A stretch of 63,306 nucleotides of DNA, filler included, from Licmophora abbreviata (Eukaryota), in the NCBI GenBank assembly GCA_900291995.1. It is 16 parts of 16 records of this genome, joined end to end, with 100 filler letters (N's around TTAATTAATTAA, not from the genome) between each part and the next. Parts side by side here need not be neighbours in the genome. Positions count along the whole stretch, not along the records: positions 20,451 to 29,219 come from OLMU01002126.1; positions 29,320 to 32,509 come from OLMU01002127.1; positions 32,610 to 33,810 come from OLMU01002128.1; positions 33,911 to 35,192 come from OLMU01002129.1; 12 more parts are not named here. One strand, given 5' to 3'. This document shows, in pieces, positions 23,859-34,204 of this stretch. The stretch's first letter is position 1. Each line of letters starts with the position of its first letter. The notes below the pieces were generated by a model that did not search any database, had not been told where the DNA came from, and was given only the letters and a program-made list of their open reading frames with translations. The position numbers and the translations under genes were made by a program.

Positions 23859-25397
23859 ATGACGAGGATGGCGCCTCAAGAACAGAAACAACCTCGTTCT
23901 GATCCTTCGTCCTCGTCGTCTTTGAAGAACTACAGCAAGATGAAAAGAAACAGCACTACTTCTACGATTTCTAGTAGTGAAAGTTGTGGTAGTAGTAGTA
24001 GTAGTAGCTGCCATGACAATCACGACCTTCGCCGTCGTCGTCGACACTGCTCTTCTTCATGTAAGACTACTACTGCTACTGCTACTACTACTGTCACTAC
24101 TTCTCATCCTCGGACAATCACGAGTATTGGCAGTACTACTACGAAACACGGTCGTCCGACTTCCGTAATCACGTACATGGCTTTGATTCTGACATTGCTC
24201 TCGGCTTTCTTGCTACGTCAAGACGACGCCGGTGGAGTCCTGGCCACTACGAACGAACTCATTGCATCTTCCAATTCTCATTCTAATAATTACAACAGAA
24301 TACGGGGACAAGTCATATCCAAAGACACTTCGGGAGAAGAACTCTTTCGTGTCTACCAACGCATACAGCGCGACTATCAAGACAAGGCCTTCCATCCAAA
24401 GAATACCAAGGGATGGAAGACACTCAATCAAAAAGACGGTGTACAAGTCAAGATATTACATCATCCCTCCGACCCCTCCTGCCCCTATGTACAAATGAAG
24501 GCAGTCTTCCCGGTATCTCTGGACGATTGTTGGTCCTTTCTCAAATTGGATCGCTGGGATGAAACCATGAAGATCATGGATCCCTTCTATGAGGGAGTTC
24601 ACATACTCGGAGAGTACCGACACAAGGGAGCGCATATGCTATTGGCACGGAAACGAACGCAGCGCATGTTGACCTTTGGAAAGCGTGATTTTGTATTTGT
24701 CAGTGTCAGTGACACGCCACTCGCCGATGGCACTTGGGTCTCGGGAACGGTCAGTGTCATTTCCGATGCGGTCCCTCGACAGAAGCACTATACGCGTGCC
24801 TATCAAGATTCCATTGCATTCTACAAGCCGCTGGCTTCGGAAAAGACGGAACTCACGATTGTTTGTAGGATGGATTTGAACGATCACGGTGAGGATGGTG
24901 CTGGTGGATCGATGCCCATGTGGTTGTACGTCAAGACGATTGGAAGCACGGGAGCGAGGAGTGTCATCAACATGCGGGAGCATCTTATCCAACAAGTGCA
25001 AACGCGAAAGCAAGAAGAACAGCAACAACAAGCGGAACGACGACGTGTTGTGCATGTATCCCGTGAATCGAAACTGCGGGAGCAAGTCTTGCCGTGGATG
25101 GAATGGCCCATCTTGACGGCAACCACAACAACGACAACGGTTCCATCGCTAATGATTAAGCGTCGAAAGAGGCATGCGATCTTTGCAACTGAGGAGGAGG
25201 TGGGGGTGACTGACGAAGTTATGTCTATTGAATCTGTTTCCATCGGGAGAAAGCTACATCAGTTCGCCTTGCCGTGGATGGAGTGGCCCGCCAAGCAGGA
25301 GTTCAACGAGCCACTACCAGGAAAGAAAAAGACTTTGAAACAGAAAATACACGAGAAAGTGTTGCCGTGGATGGAGTGGTCGGGCGACCAGAGCTAA
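23859..25397 (+). CDS. START-domain lipid-binding protein with N-terminal TM segment and C-terminal LPWMEW repeats
   Basis: GWKTLNQKDGVQV, RWDE, GKRDFVFVS, GGSMPMW START motifs. TM segment ITYMALILTLLSAFLL. Confidence 0.8.
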   Translation: MTRMAPQEQKQPRSDPSSSSSLKNYSKMKRNSTTSTISSSESCGSSSSSSCHDNHDLRRRRRHCSSSCKTTTATATTTVTTSHPRTITSIGSTTTKHGRPTSVITYMALILTLLSAFLLRQDDAGGVLATTNELIASSNSHSNNYNRIRGQVISKDTSGEELFRVYQRIQRDYQDKAFHPKNTKGWKTLNQKDGVQVKILHHPSDPSCPYVQMKAVFPVSLDDCWSFLKLDRWDETMKIMDPFYEGVHILGEYRHKGAHMLLARKRTQRMLTFGKRDFVFVSVSDTPLADGTWVSGTVSVISDAVPRQKHYTRAYQDSIAFYKPLASEKTELTIVCRMDLNDHGEDGAGGSMPMWLYVKTIGSTGARSVINMREHLIQQVQTRKQEEQQQQAERRRVVHVSRESKLREQVLPWMEWPILTATTTTTTVPSLMIKRRKRHAIFATEEEVGVTDEVMSIESVSIGRKLHQFALPWMEWPAKQEFNEPLPGKKKTLKQKIHEKVLPWMEWSGDQS

Positions 25398-25614
25398 TAT
25401 ACATATCTTCAATACAGAATACAGGTGACGCGTTCGGAGAGTCGATAGAGGCGGGAATGAAGTGGGACCGTTGGAGAATGCCTCTCATTGTGTTGCCATA
25501 GAGCTAGCTATTTTTTAAAAGTTAAAGCGCAATAAAACGCTCAAGCTATCATCATTTTTTGATAAAGTTGTCTGCGGTGACTGCAAAGACACCTCGTCGA
25601 TGGAGTGCATCTCC

Positions 25615-26800
25615 TCATTTCTTCGTCGATCCATGTTTGGATGGAAACTTGGGCATGAGCCGAGGGTGAGTTGGCGTCGGCTGCTCACTAAAGTATGGAT
25701 CTTCCAACGCTTCGCCTGCAGACCCTCGTTTCGATGGATCGTAGCTGAGAAGTCGCGAGAGGAACGAGAGACCCCCACTTGACAAGTATCCGAATCTATC
25801 CAGCAGCGACGTATCTTTGGGTGGCACCGATACCTCTTGAGGGATTGAGACTGTGCCATCCTTAATGAGAGGCATGTCGAAAAGGTCCTGTCGCAGAGAA
25901 CGAGCAAATATGTATGATACGTAAGAATGTTAGTTGTAACGACGGTTGTTCGTGCTGTTGCCTCGACGTCCTGCGTGCTGCCAGACTCACCGGCCAAGCA
26001 GAAGCCTCGGGTTTTCCCAACAAATCAAACATCTTTCGAATTTGTTCCATCTCGTCCTTTCCATTCATGAGCGGAACCCCAGAAAGAAGCTCAGCAAGGA
26101 CGCAGCCTGTGCCGTAAACGTCGACGGCAGCGGAATACTCGAGAGCACCAAACAAAAGTTCAGGCGGGCGATACCACAATGACACTACTTTCGGAGTTAA
26201 TGCCGGACCCAATGTCCTTGAAAGTCCAAAATCTGCTAATTTCAATTCTCCCCCATTGCTGTACAGCAGGTTGCTCATTTTGATGTCACGATGGATGATG
26301 TGTCTCGTGTGTAGAAAAGTCAAGGCCGACAGGAGCTGCTGCAATAAGCGCTTCACTTCGGGCTCTCGAAAAGGCGACTTGCGCTGAATACGGTAATGAT
26401 CGTCCACCAAGTGAGCCAAGTCATGAGGGCAGTACTCGAATACCAAAAAGACGCCGCTGCGAGACGACGACACGGCAATGTCCAGCAAGGACACAATGTT
26501 GGTGTGGTGCCGCGAGGCGTTCCGCAATGTCTGAATCTCTCTCAATGTCGTCACAGGAAAGCCATCGGTAGATTCGTGGTGAGGCAAGCATCGCTTGAGA
26601 GCCACCAGCTGACCTGTTTCCTTGTCACGTGCTTGATAAACAACGCCGTAGGTCCCCTCTCCGATCCTCCCAAGCTTGCTGTAGCGCTCCGACACATTCG
26701 GGCAATTTCCGAAGCCCGCAGTCTTTTTCGAGCCATCAGAGGGCGCCGCCGTTGAATCGGGTCGCTTCCTCTTCGGGGGATGCGGTCCGGTGGATGTCAT
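25615..26800 (-). CDS. CDK10: Cyclin-dependent kinase, CDK10/CDK11 family (intron 25888-25990)
   Basis: IGEGTYGVVY, VALK, GFPVTTLREI, HRDIKMSN, LADFGLSR, TPKVVSLWYRPPELL, C-terminal PRLMPKFP. Confidence 0.85.
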
Positions 26801-27151
26801 GAGGTCACAGTACTGTATATGGACTCCGTCAGGCCGTCAGGAGACGACAAGCAACGAACAACAGCAACAACGCCCGGTATCCTTCGTCCTTCTGTGATGT
26901 GATGACTCGAGACGTCGCGGCGCGGGAAAATCTCGATAAGCGCGCGAGCTAATGTGCACCGACCCGAATCGACTCAGCGCAGGGTCCAACCACCAATATG
27001 AAAGGAAGACTACATACCCAAACTACGAGTAGACTAGTCGATGTCATGTGATCATGCAGTCCTAGCGGTACGTATTTTTCACTGCGAACGTACCACTGAT
27101 CCACCGGAACATGTAACGAAATTGAGAGGTCAATCTCTGGTACGACAAAGA

Positions 27152-29060
27152 CTAGGGCGCCTCAGGGCAGGTCGGTAGGCTGAAGGAACTCAACGCGGCG
27201 TAGTTACCCGCGCGGAATCCCATGTAGCCCTTGTTGGAGCTGGTCACCCAGTTGGGCTTCGAGACTCTCACCGTCTGTCCCACAATGACAGCAGAGGAAA
27301 ACACGCCTGGATCCAGAGTGACGAAGGTCAAATCAAGACCACTCATGCTGAAGTCGAGAACGGCTTCCGGGGTGTCGAATCCGACGTTCATTCCAGCCCA
27401 GTAGGGATTCTGTCCCTGGAATGTGATGTCGCAGTTGGGGCTGCTAACTCCACCACCTCCACCACCACCGGGTGGAGCTGGATCTTCAATGACCAAGAAG
27501 GCGCTGATGACGCCTTCACCGCTCAAGGCGTAAATATGGTTATTGGTGTCGTCCCACTCGGCCGTGACCACGTCCGTATTCGCATCCAGCACACCAATCA
27601 CGATTGGAGCGTTCGTTGGAATGGATTCGGCGAGATGAAACGGCCAGTTGGAGGCCCACCGATTGCTGCTCGTCAACACAAGACCGTTCGAGGGGTAGGA
27701 CGTTTCACCGGCGCCGTCAACGGTGAGAACAGAAATGGTCGTTCCAACGTCCAGGTGCTGGTTGGGCGTGGAGATGAGTGGACCCAGATCAATGTAGAGA
27801 CTAGGAGTTGTGGGAGTATGAAGGAACTGGAAGTCATCGGTACTCGTGTATCCGAGGGTATCCGTCACCAAGAGACGAATCGAGACTTGCTGTTCGGCTG
27901 CAGGAGGCGAGAGCGTCAATGTTGTCGTCGAGGCGGCGAAGTCACCAATGGAGTACACTGTACCGTCGCCCATGGTCGATACGGACCAGACATAGCTCTG
28001 GATGGCACCTTCGGAGGCCGATGCATCCAAAGTGAGAGTAGCCGCGGCCACAATGACGCCTCCAGGGTTTGGGGTGATGCTAATCACAGCATTGACCGGC
28101 GGCGGTGGGGCTTGAGTTGGGAGGGGCGTGGGTACCACCGCACCAGGAGTAGGTTGAGGGGTAGGTGTAGCAGGAGTCAGAGCTGGCGTGGGGCTAGAGT
28201 CACCCAGGAACACGGCGTCGATGCAGCCATGGAAGCGCTCGTAGGTCCACTCATTCCGACCCCACTGTGTGTATACACAGCACAAATTTTAAGTTAGTAT
28301 CTGAACACGGTATCGCGACATCTTACAAGCAAATCAACAGTGTTCTCACTTCTCCGTAAATGACATGACGTCCTACACGGTCTGGAACCTCACAGTACGT
28401 GTCAAACCTGGCGGCGTTGACATCCGGAACAACATCTGGGTTGGCGTTGGGGCTGTTGTTGTTGTAAGGCAAAAAGCAGAAGGGAGTGCTTTCAAAGTCG
28501 TCCCACGTCAATGGGGCATTCGCATTGTACTGAAAGTCGGATTTGGTAATCCAATATCGAAACTCTTCCGTATCAGTGAAGTGTGAGCCCCACGAAATGT
28601 TCCACTTGATCTTGGTGCGTCCAGGAGTCAAGGTGTTGGTGGGCCAGTTGACGCCAGTGGCGTCCCATGGTGTGGATCCTCCGTTCCAAGTCTCGCTGTC
28701 AAAGCCGCAGACGTTGGTCGGAAGTGTGCTTACGCCATTTCTTCCTACATCATGCGTCAAGACACTCATGTACCAGTATCCCCCTTCGCCCGTGAAGTCA
28801 AAGGCGCCCTTGCACTCGGGATACGCGCCTCCTCCGCCATTGGCCTCGTGTGGCTTGGTGATTTCACCGCAGAACCTTGGAGGTGAGACGAAGAAGAAAG
28901 TGGTAAGATGCAAAATCTGATTTGATAAACTCTCGAGTCTCTAGTTGGATTGAACTTACCAGTTACGGGAGGGGGGTTCCTCCATCAGGCCGTGTCCATG
29001 GGTGTGGGCGACGACTCCGAACGCCACTACCAGACGCAACAACGCACCTCGACCGATCAT
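27152..29060 (-). CDS. Secreted multi-domain AA10 lytic polysaccharide monooxygenase (exons 29060-28960, 28875-28350, 28264-27152)
   Basis: Signal peptide followed by mature HGLMEEPPSRNWFCG, second His in WGSHF, FRYWITK, LTWDDFE, GRHVIYGEWGR, ERFHGCIDAVF. Two GT-AG introns (28876-28959, 28265-28349) join in frame. Confidence 0.9.
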
Positions 29061-29957
29061 GTTTGCTCTGCCTTCGGAAGGTAAAAATAAAATGAGGCGA
29101 AGAAAAGTGAGACTCTGATAAATCTGAAGGGACGAGAAATGAAGAGACATTAATAGAAAAGACCGAAGAGTGACGTCGTTGTTCTCGTGGTTGGATGTTG
29201 TATCTACTTGGTACATGCGNNNNNNNNNNNNNNNNNNNNNNNNNNNNNNNNNNNNNNNNNNNNTTAATTAATTAANNNNNNNNNNNNNNNNNNNNNNNNN
29301 NNNNNNNNNNNNNNNNNNNACCATGCTCTCCACGGCTATGATAGCACAAGACGACACGCCCAGCACCTCGACCCTCGACCCTCGACGCTAAGGAGCCACC
29401 CTTCTCCACGCTGTTAGCCTCGCAGCTGTCCTCGAAGGCATAGAGCCCCTCACCTTTCAATTTGTACCTTGCTGGCAACAACAGGGCGAACTTGTGGAAG
29501 ATTCGAAATTGAAAATGCTCACAACGAAAGAATGAGACTCCCTCTCGTAAGTTGATACGGAGTTGCACGCCGCGGGACCCAATGACCTTTGAATGAGAAT
29601 GTCTTTTGGCGTGGCAGAATGTCATGATATTCTCGTCATATGACGTCACTCAACTGATATTGGCTCATAGCCCAAACTCTGTGCTCCACGTGTTCAGAGA
29701 CAAACCAACTTCAACCTGCTACTGAGTCTCAGTACAAAATCTACGTAGCAATCTTCCATCGCGGGAGCCGCAGATTTCGCGCGCAAACAAACTCTCGTCG
29801 TCGGAAAGCACATCAACCTCTCTCATCCATCACATCGCGACGTTCTGCTCAGCGAAGCTTTGTGTGGCCTCTCTCGTCCTGTCGGCCTTTCCACATTTGG
29901 CAAAGTTCCCTTGATAAGAATCATTTTCCACAGCGTCTCATTGGAAACCTCGAAAAA

Positions 29958-31035
29958 ATGCAGATTTACGTTGTATGCCTTCTGGCACTCATTTCGTCGG
30001 TAGCAGCCTTTGCTCCGACATCACGCTCGGCAAGCCAGTCCAACCTATTTCGAAGTGAGTCCTTGGCGGGCATCCTGTCTCTGGGAAGGGAACTACAGCT
30101 CTGCAATATCTTGTACCACAATTTCGAACATCACTGGACTCTCCTTCCCCGCTTTCGTAGCTACAACTAGTCTCACATTTTTTCCAATTCTCGACGGACC
30201 TCACCTTGTTTCCAACAGCACAATCGCCACTGTCTGCCACACCCATACACGCAGCAGCGGCGGCTGTCCCGAATCCATTCAAGAAGCTTCCATGGAATGC
30301 CAAGAAAGAAAGGGAGCGCGAGGCTCGTCGTCTCAAGCAGGAAAGTGCTCGATTGCACCGCGAACTGGGAATTACCGAAGATGCCACGTACGAGGAAATC
30401 ACTGCTGCGACGGACAACCTCATCATGAAGGCAGGAGACGACATGAAGGCGAAAATCAAGGTAGAAGTCGCCAAAGACAAGATTCTACAGATTCGACTCA
30501 ATGCACGCCTGGCGGGTTTGACGACGGCCACCAAGGATGCACGTGCTCAATCAAACTTTGAGATAGAAGGGGCGGACGATGCGGAAGACGTAGTGGGAAC
30601 CAAGAAGCAAGCGCAAGAATGGAATTCCCCTCAGTGGATGCAGGGTATTGTGGTCAAACCTGATGGCAAACAAGTGAAACGACAGCTTCAGATTTGGGGT
30701 GGACTCTCCTTTTTGGGATTGTGTTTTTCGCCTGCAATCGAAAAGATGCAGCTGTTCAACTGGATGGTGTGCGTCGGTCAGTTGATCTTTCGCGGCATGC
30801 CCGTCGAAGAATCCGAGGCCGCTGGGTTCGGCGCTTTTGGACGAGGATCGGGTGGAAGTCACAAGAAAGTGGCGTGGCTGATTGGTCTGACGCTTTGGAT
30901 CTCGTCCAAGATTCTGATTTACGGTCTCATGCCGCAGGGTCTTCGCGGCAAAGATACACTCCCATCGTTGCCTTTACGGCTGAGAATACCATTTTCGGGC
31001 TCGCGGCGTGTTACCTACAGCCCTACAAGGGATAA
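29958..31035 (+). CDS. Plastid CPP1-like (chaperone-like protein of POR1/DUF3353) J-like membrane protein (intron 30055-30218; probable 1-nt deletion at A-run 30950-30952)
   Basis: Presequence VAA-FAP. ELGITEDATYEEI...KIKVEVAKDKIL J-like domain followed by TM helices. The alternative frame supplies a final TM helix ending YLQPYKG. Confidence 0.75.
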
Positions 31036-31158
31036 GGAATGTAAAATGGCCCTTGCTAGTGTTTGAATCGCTGCGATATGACGTGGTCTATGCTAGATCT
31101 GAAAAAGCTGGCACCTACAGTATCTTCCTTCTCGCCGTGCTACTTCACAGCGGCATGT

Positions 31159-32383
31159 TTACGGATCCGTTTTCCACAATCGAATTGTCCCATCTTCGGA
31201 TCCTGTCGCATATGTCTTGCCGTCAGGGGCATACCGGACGCACCGTATCGGCCCATGGTGTCCCTTGTTGCATTCCAGCTCGTTGCCCGAGTCAAAGTCA
31301 AACACACGGACCCACAGGTCGCTTCCGCCAGCGACAAATTTCTTGCCACTGGGATGCAGCGAAGCACCTCCCTCCTGTGATGCATCCGGGCCAAACCCAT
31401 TGATACGAAATCGAAATAGAGCATGTGAGTGTCGTTAGTTACTGGCCTCGGGTCTTCATTCCGCCACCGAGCACAAACACACACACACACACACACACAT
31501 GATGCACGTAGTAGTAGCTCATGACATACCTCTCGAAAGTGAATTGGCATGTCGTACGCATGAATCAATGTCATTTCGTTCACATCGAAGAACGAAACTT
31601 TATTCCCGGCTGCGACGGTTAATGTCGCCTTGTCGGAACTCAGTTCCATGTCTCGTACTTGGGCATCGACCTTTAATGTTCCCTCCACCTTCTTGCGATC
31701 AACATTCCAAAAGCGAACCAAGCCATCGTTCCCTGCCACCAAAACGACTTGGTCGCTGAGCCAGCTGCATTTGGAAATTATGATTTTCTTTCCTGATTCC
31801 CCACTGTCCTGCACTAATTCGACGGGATCGTCCTGTTCCGGGTGCGGCGAGGTGAGGGTATAGATACGCAGGATGCCCTCGTGTCCTCCCGTTGCCAGTT
31901 TCGTGGCGTTCGGCGAGAAGTCACACGTCTTGACGATGTGCTTGTGCTGAAACTCCCACAGACAATTTCCTGTAATGGCATCCCACACCTTGGCGCTGAA
32001 ATCACCGCTCGCTGTCGCACAGAGCAGTCCGTGTGGATCCAACCGACAGCTCCAGACGGCACCCTTGTGACCGGCCCAAGTGCCAATCCAGTCGCCACTC
32101 TGACCGTCGCGCATCATGGGCATCTTGTCTGGTGACGATGGAACGAGAGAAGAGGACGAGAAAGTGTGTAAGAGGCAACGTAGACAGAGATATATGACAG
32201 TACAGACATACGACGGTCGCCCCAAGAAGAGCAATCGCGCGTTGTCGGTCTCTCACCATGACAGGCAGAGACTAAAAAAGTCCGCTCCTCATCGGATTCG
32301 TGAACACTGCAGAACTGCAGTTCTGCCAAGGGACGCGTATGTCCAGGACACACAATGGGGATCTGTCGACCAGAGGTGCTCAT
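31159..32383 (-). CDS. STRAP: Serine-threonine kinase receptor-associated protein (STRAP/UNRIP), WD40 (introns 32129-32256, 31375-31529)
   Basis: [71 protein letters not shown]. Confidence 0.93.
31477..31499. repeat. (CA)n microsatellite inside a STRAP intron
   Basis: acacacacacacacacacacaca. Confidence 0.9.
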
Positions 32384-32649
32384 CGTCGCCGCCGCCGTCG
32401 TCGTCGTCGTAACAATCCAAATGGCTGTGGTACAGTGGTGAGTTCGCCGCCATCATTCTGTGTCTCGAAGATCCTGAACATCTAACATTTGGAATGATCA
32501 CTGAGGTTCNNNNNNNNNNNNNNNNNNNNNNNNNNNNNNNNNNNNNNNNNNNNTTAATTAATTAANNNNNNNNNNNNNNNNNNNNNNNNNNNNNNNNNNN
32601 NNNNNNNNNCAGATTCCTCTTTTAAAATCGAGCATCGCGCGAGTTCGCC

Positions 32650-33810
32650 ATGAGATATCGAGATTTCGCATTCATGCACTCTTGCCGTCCATTTCGATCG
32701 ATTCTTCCTGTCCATACTGTTGCTGCTGATTTGAGAATGACCGTAGACGTGGGCAAGAGTGAGAAAGTGACGGATGAGCCTGCTGGCGTGGCAGATGCCC
32801 TCATGAACCGAGGCGAGTATTTGCGACAGCTTCGAAATTTGGAACGGGCGGATCAAGCCGAGCGAGAGCAACATTTGGATGAAGAAGAAGAGAGTGGTGG
32901 CGATTCAATGCTCTTTGATCAGATTGACGTCTTACCCAACACTCTGCGGACGGTTCTCCGGTATGATTCCTATTTACGTCATCAGCGTTACTACGACGAT
33001 CTCAAACATGTCGACTGTGATTTCATTGATTTCGGGTGCATCGGTGACCGAGACCAGAAGATTGAGGGGAGACTCGTTGTACAGCAAGACAAGAGCCTCG
33101 GAAAGGGTGGGTTGGTATGTATCTACACAAAAGGGATCATTGTATAGCAGATGTGTCGCGTCTCTCTAATCCATCAATCGTCGCATATTTATCCAACAGT
33201 GTTGGGATGCTGCTTTTATTCTTGGCGAACACTTGATAAGCACACAAGAGGTATGGGAAGGTGTTGCAAACCCCAAAAAGGCCCGAGTCGTCGAATTGGG
33301 ATCGGGTACCGGCCTTTGCGGTCTAATGATTGCTAAAGCAGTCTCAAATTGTCATGTTGAAATTACAGACTTGCCCGAGCTGCTTCCGCTCATGCAACGA
33401 AATGCTGCCTTGAATTTCGACGAGTGTATGTGTAAAGAAAGGTCCATGGACGATGACGATTGGAAGATATTACTGGGAGAACAGACGACTGCACAAGCTT
33501 GTCGGTCGAAAGGAACCGTCTCGGCGCGAGTATTGCGATGGGGTGTGACAGAGGACTATGGAGGTGGACCCTACGATGTGGTTGTGGGCGCTGATGTCGT
33601 CGCGTCCCTGTATGATCCAGTCGCCTTGGCACACACTCTGCATGTCTTGTGTCACGAAAATTCCATTGTTTATGTGAGCTACAAGGGGCGTCTCACGGGA
33701 CCACATCAACAGTTTGAGGCGACGCTATCGAATTTGTTTAGAAAAGTCGAGAGAATACGACCTTCATCAGCAAGTCGGAATCGTAATCCAAAAGTATGGA
33801 TCATCGTGGC
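32650..33810 (+). CDS. METTL21-like protein lysine methyltransferase (Methyltransf_16); intron 33115-33199; 3' end in gap
   Basis: GKGGLCWDAAFIL, RVVELGSGTGLCGL, ITDL, LRWG, DVVVGADVV. Confidence 0.88.
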
Positions 33811-34204
33811 NNNNNNNNNNNNNNNNNNNNNNNNNNNNNNNNNNNNNNNNNNNNTTAATTAATTAANNNNNNNNNNNNNNNNNNNNNNNNNNNNNNNNNN
33901 NNNNNNNNNNAACAGGCAAAACACAGGACGGGGGGAGGTGACTTAACATATGATATTGTGTACTTACCCGAATCGAGTCGACTGCCATCATTCACTGAAC
34001 TCCAACGGGAGAGTACGACGATGGTTGGCGTCGTATCATAGTTGGCATCGGCTATTGTTTTCGACGTCGATAAGTAAGTGGTGGTCATGGTCACTGAAAT
34101 GACCTGTCATTTCGACTGTGACGGTCACAGCTCACATCAACGCAACTATACTCTCACAAAACAGATTCTATTTGGACTCGCCAGACCTGCGAAACAGGAC
34201 CACC

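Noticed and set aside
27152..29060. LPMO as bacterial contamination
   Set aside because: It has two canonical spliceosomal introns and is contiguous with eukaryotic genes.
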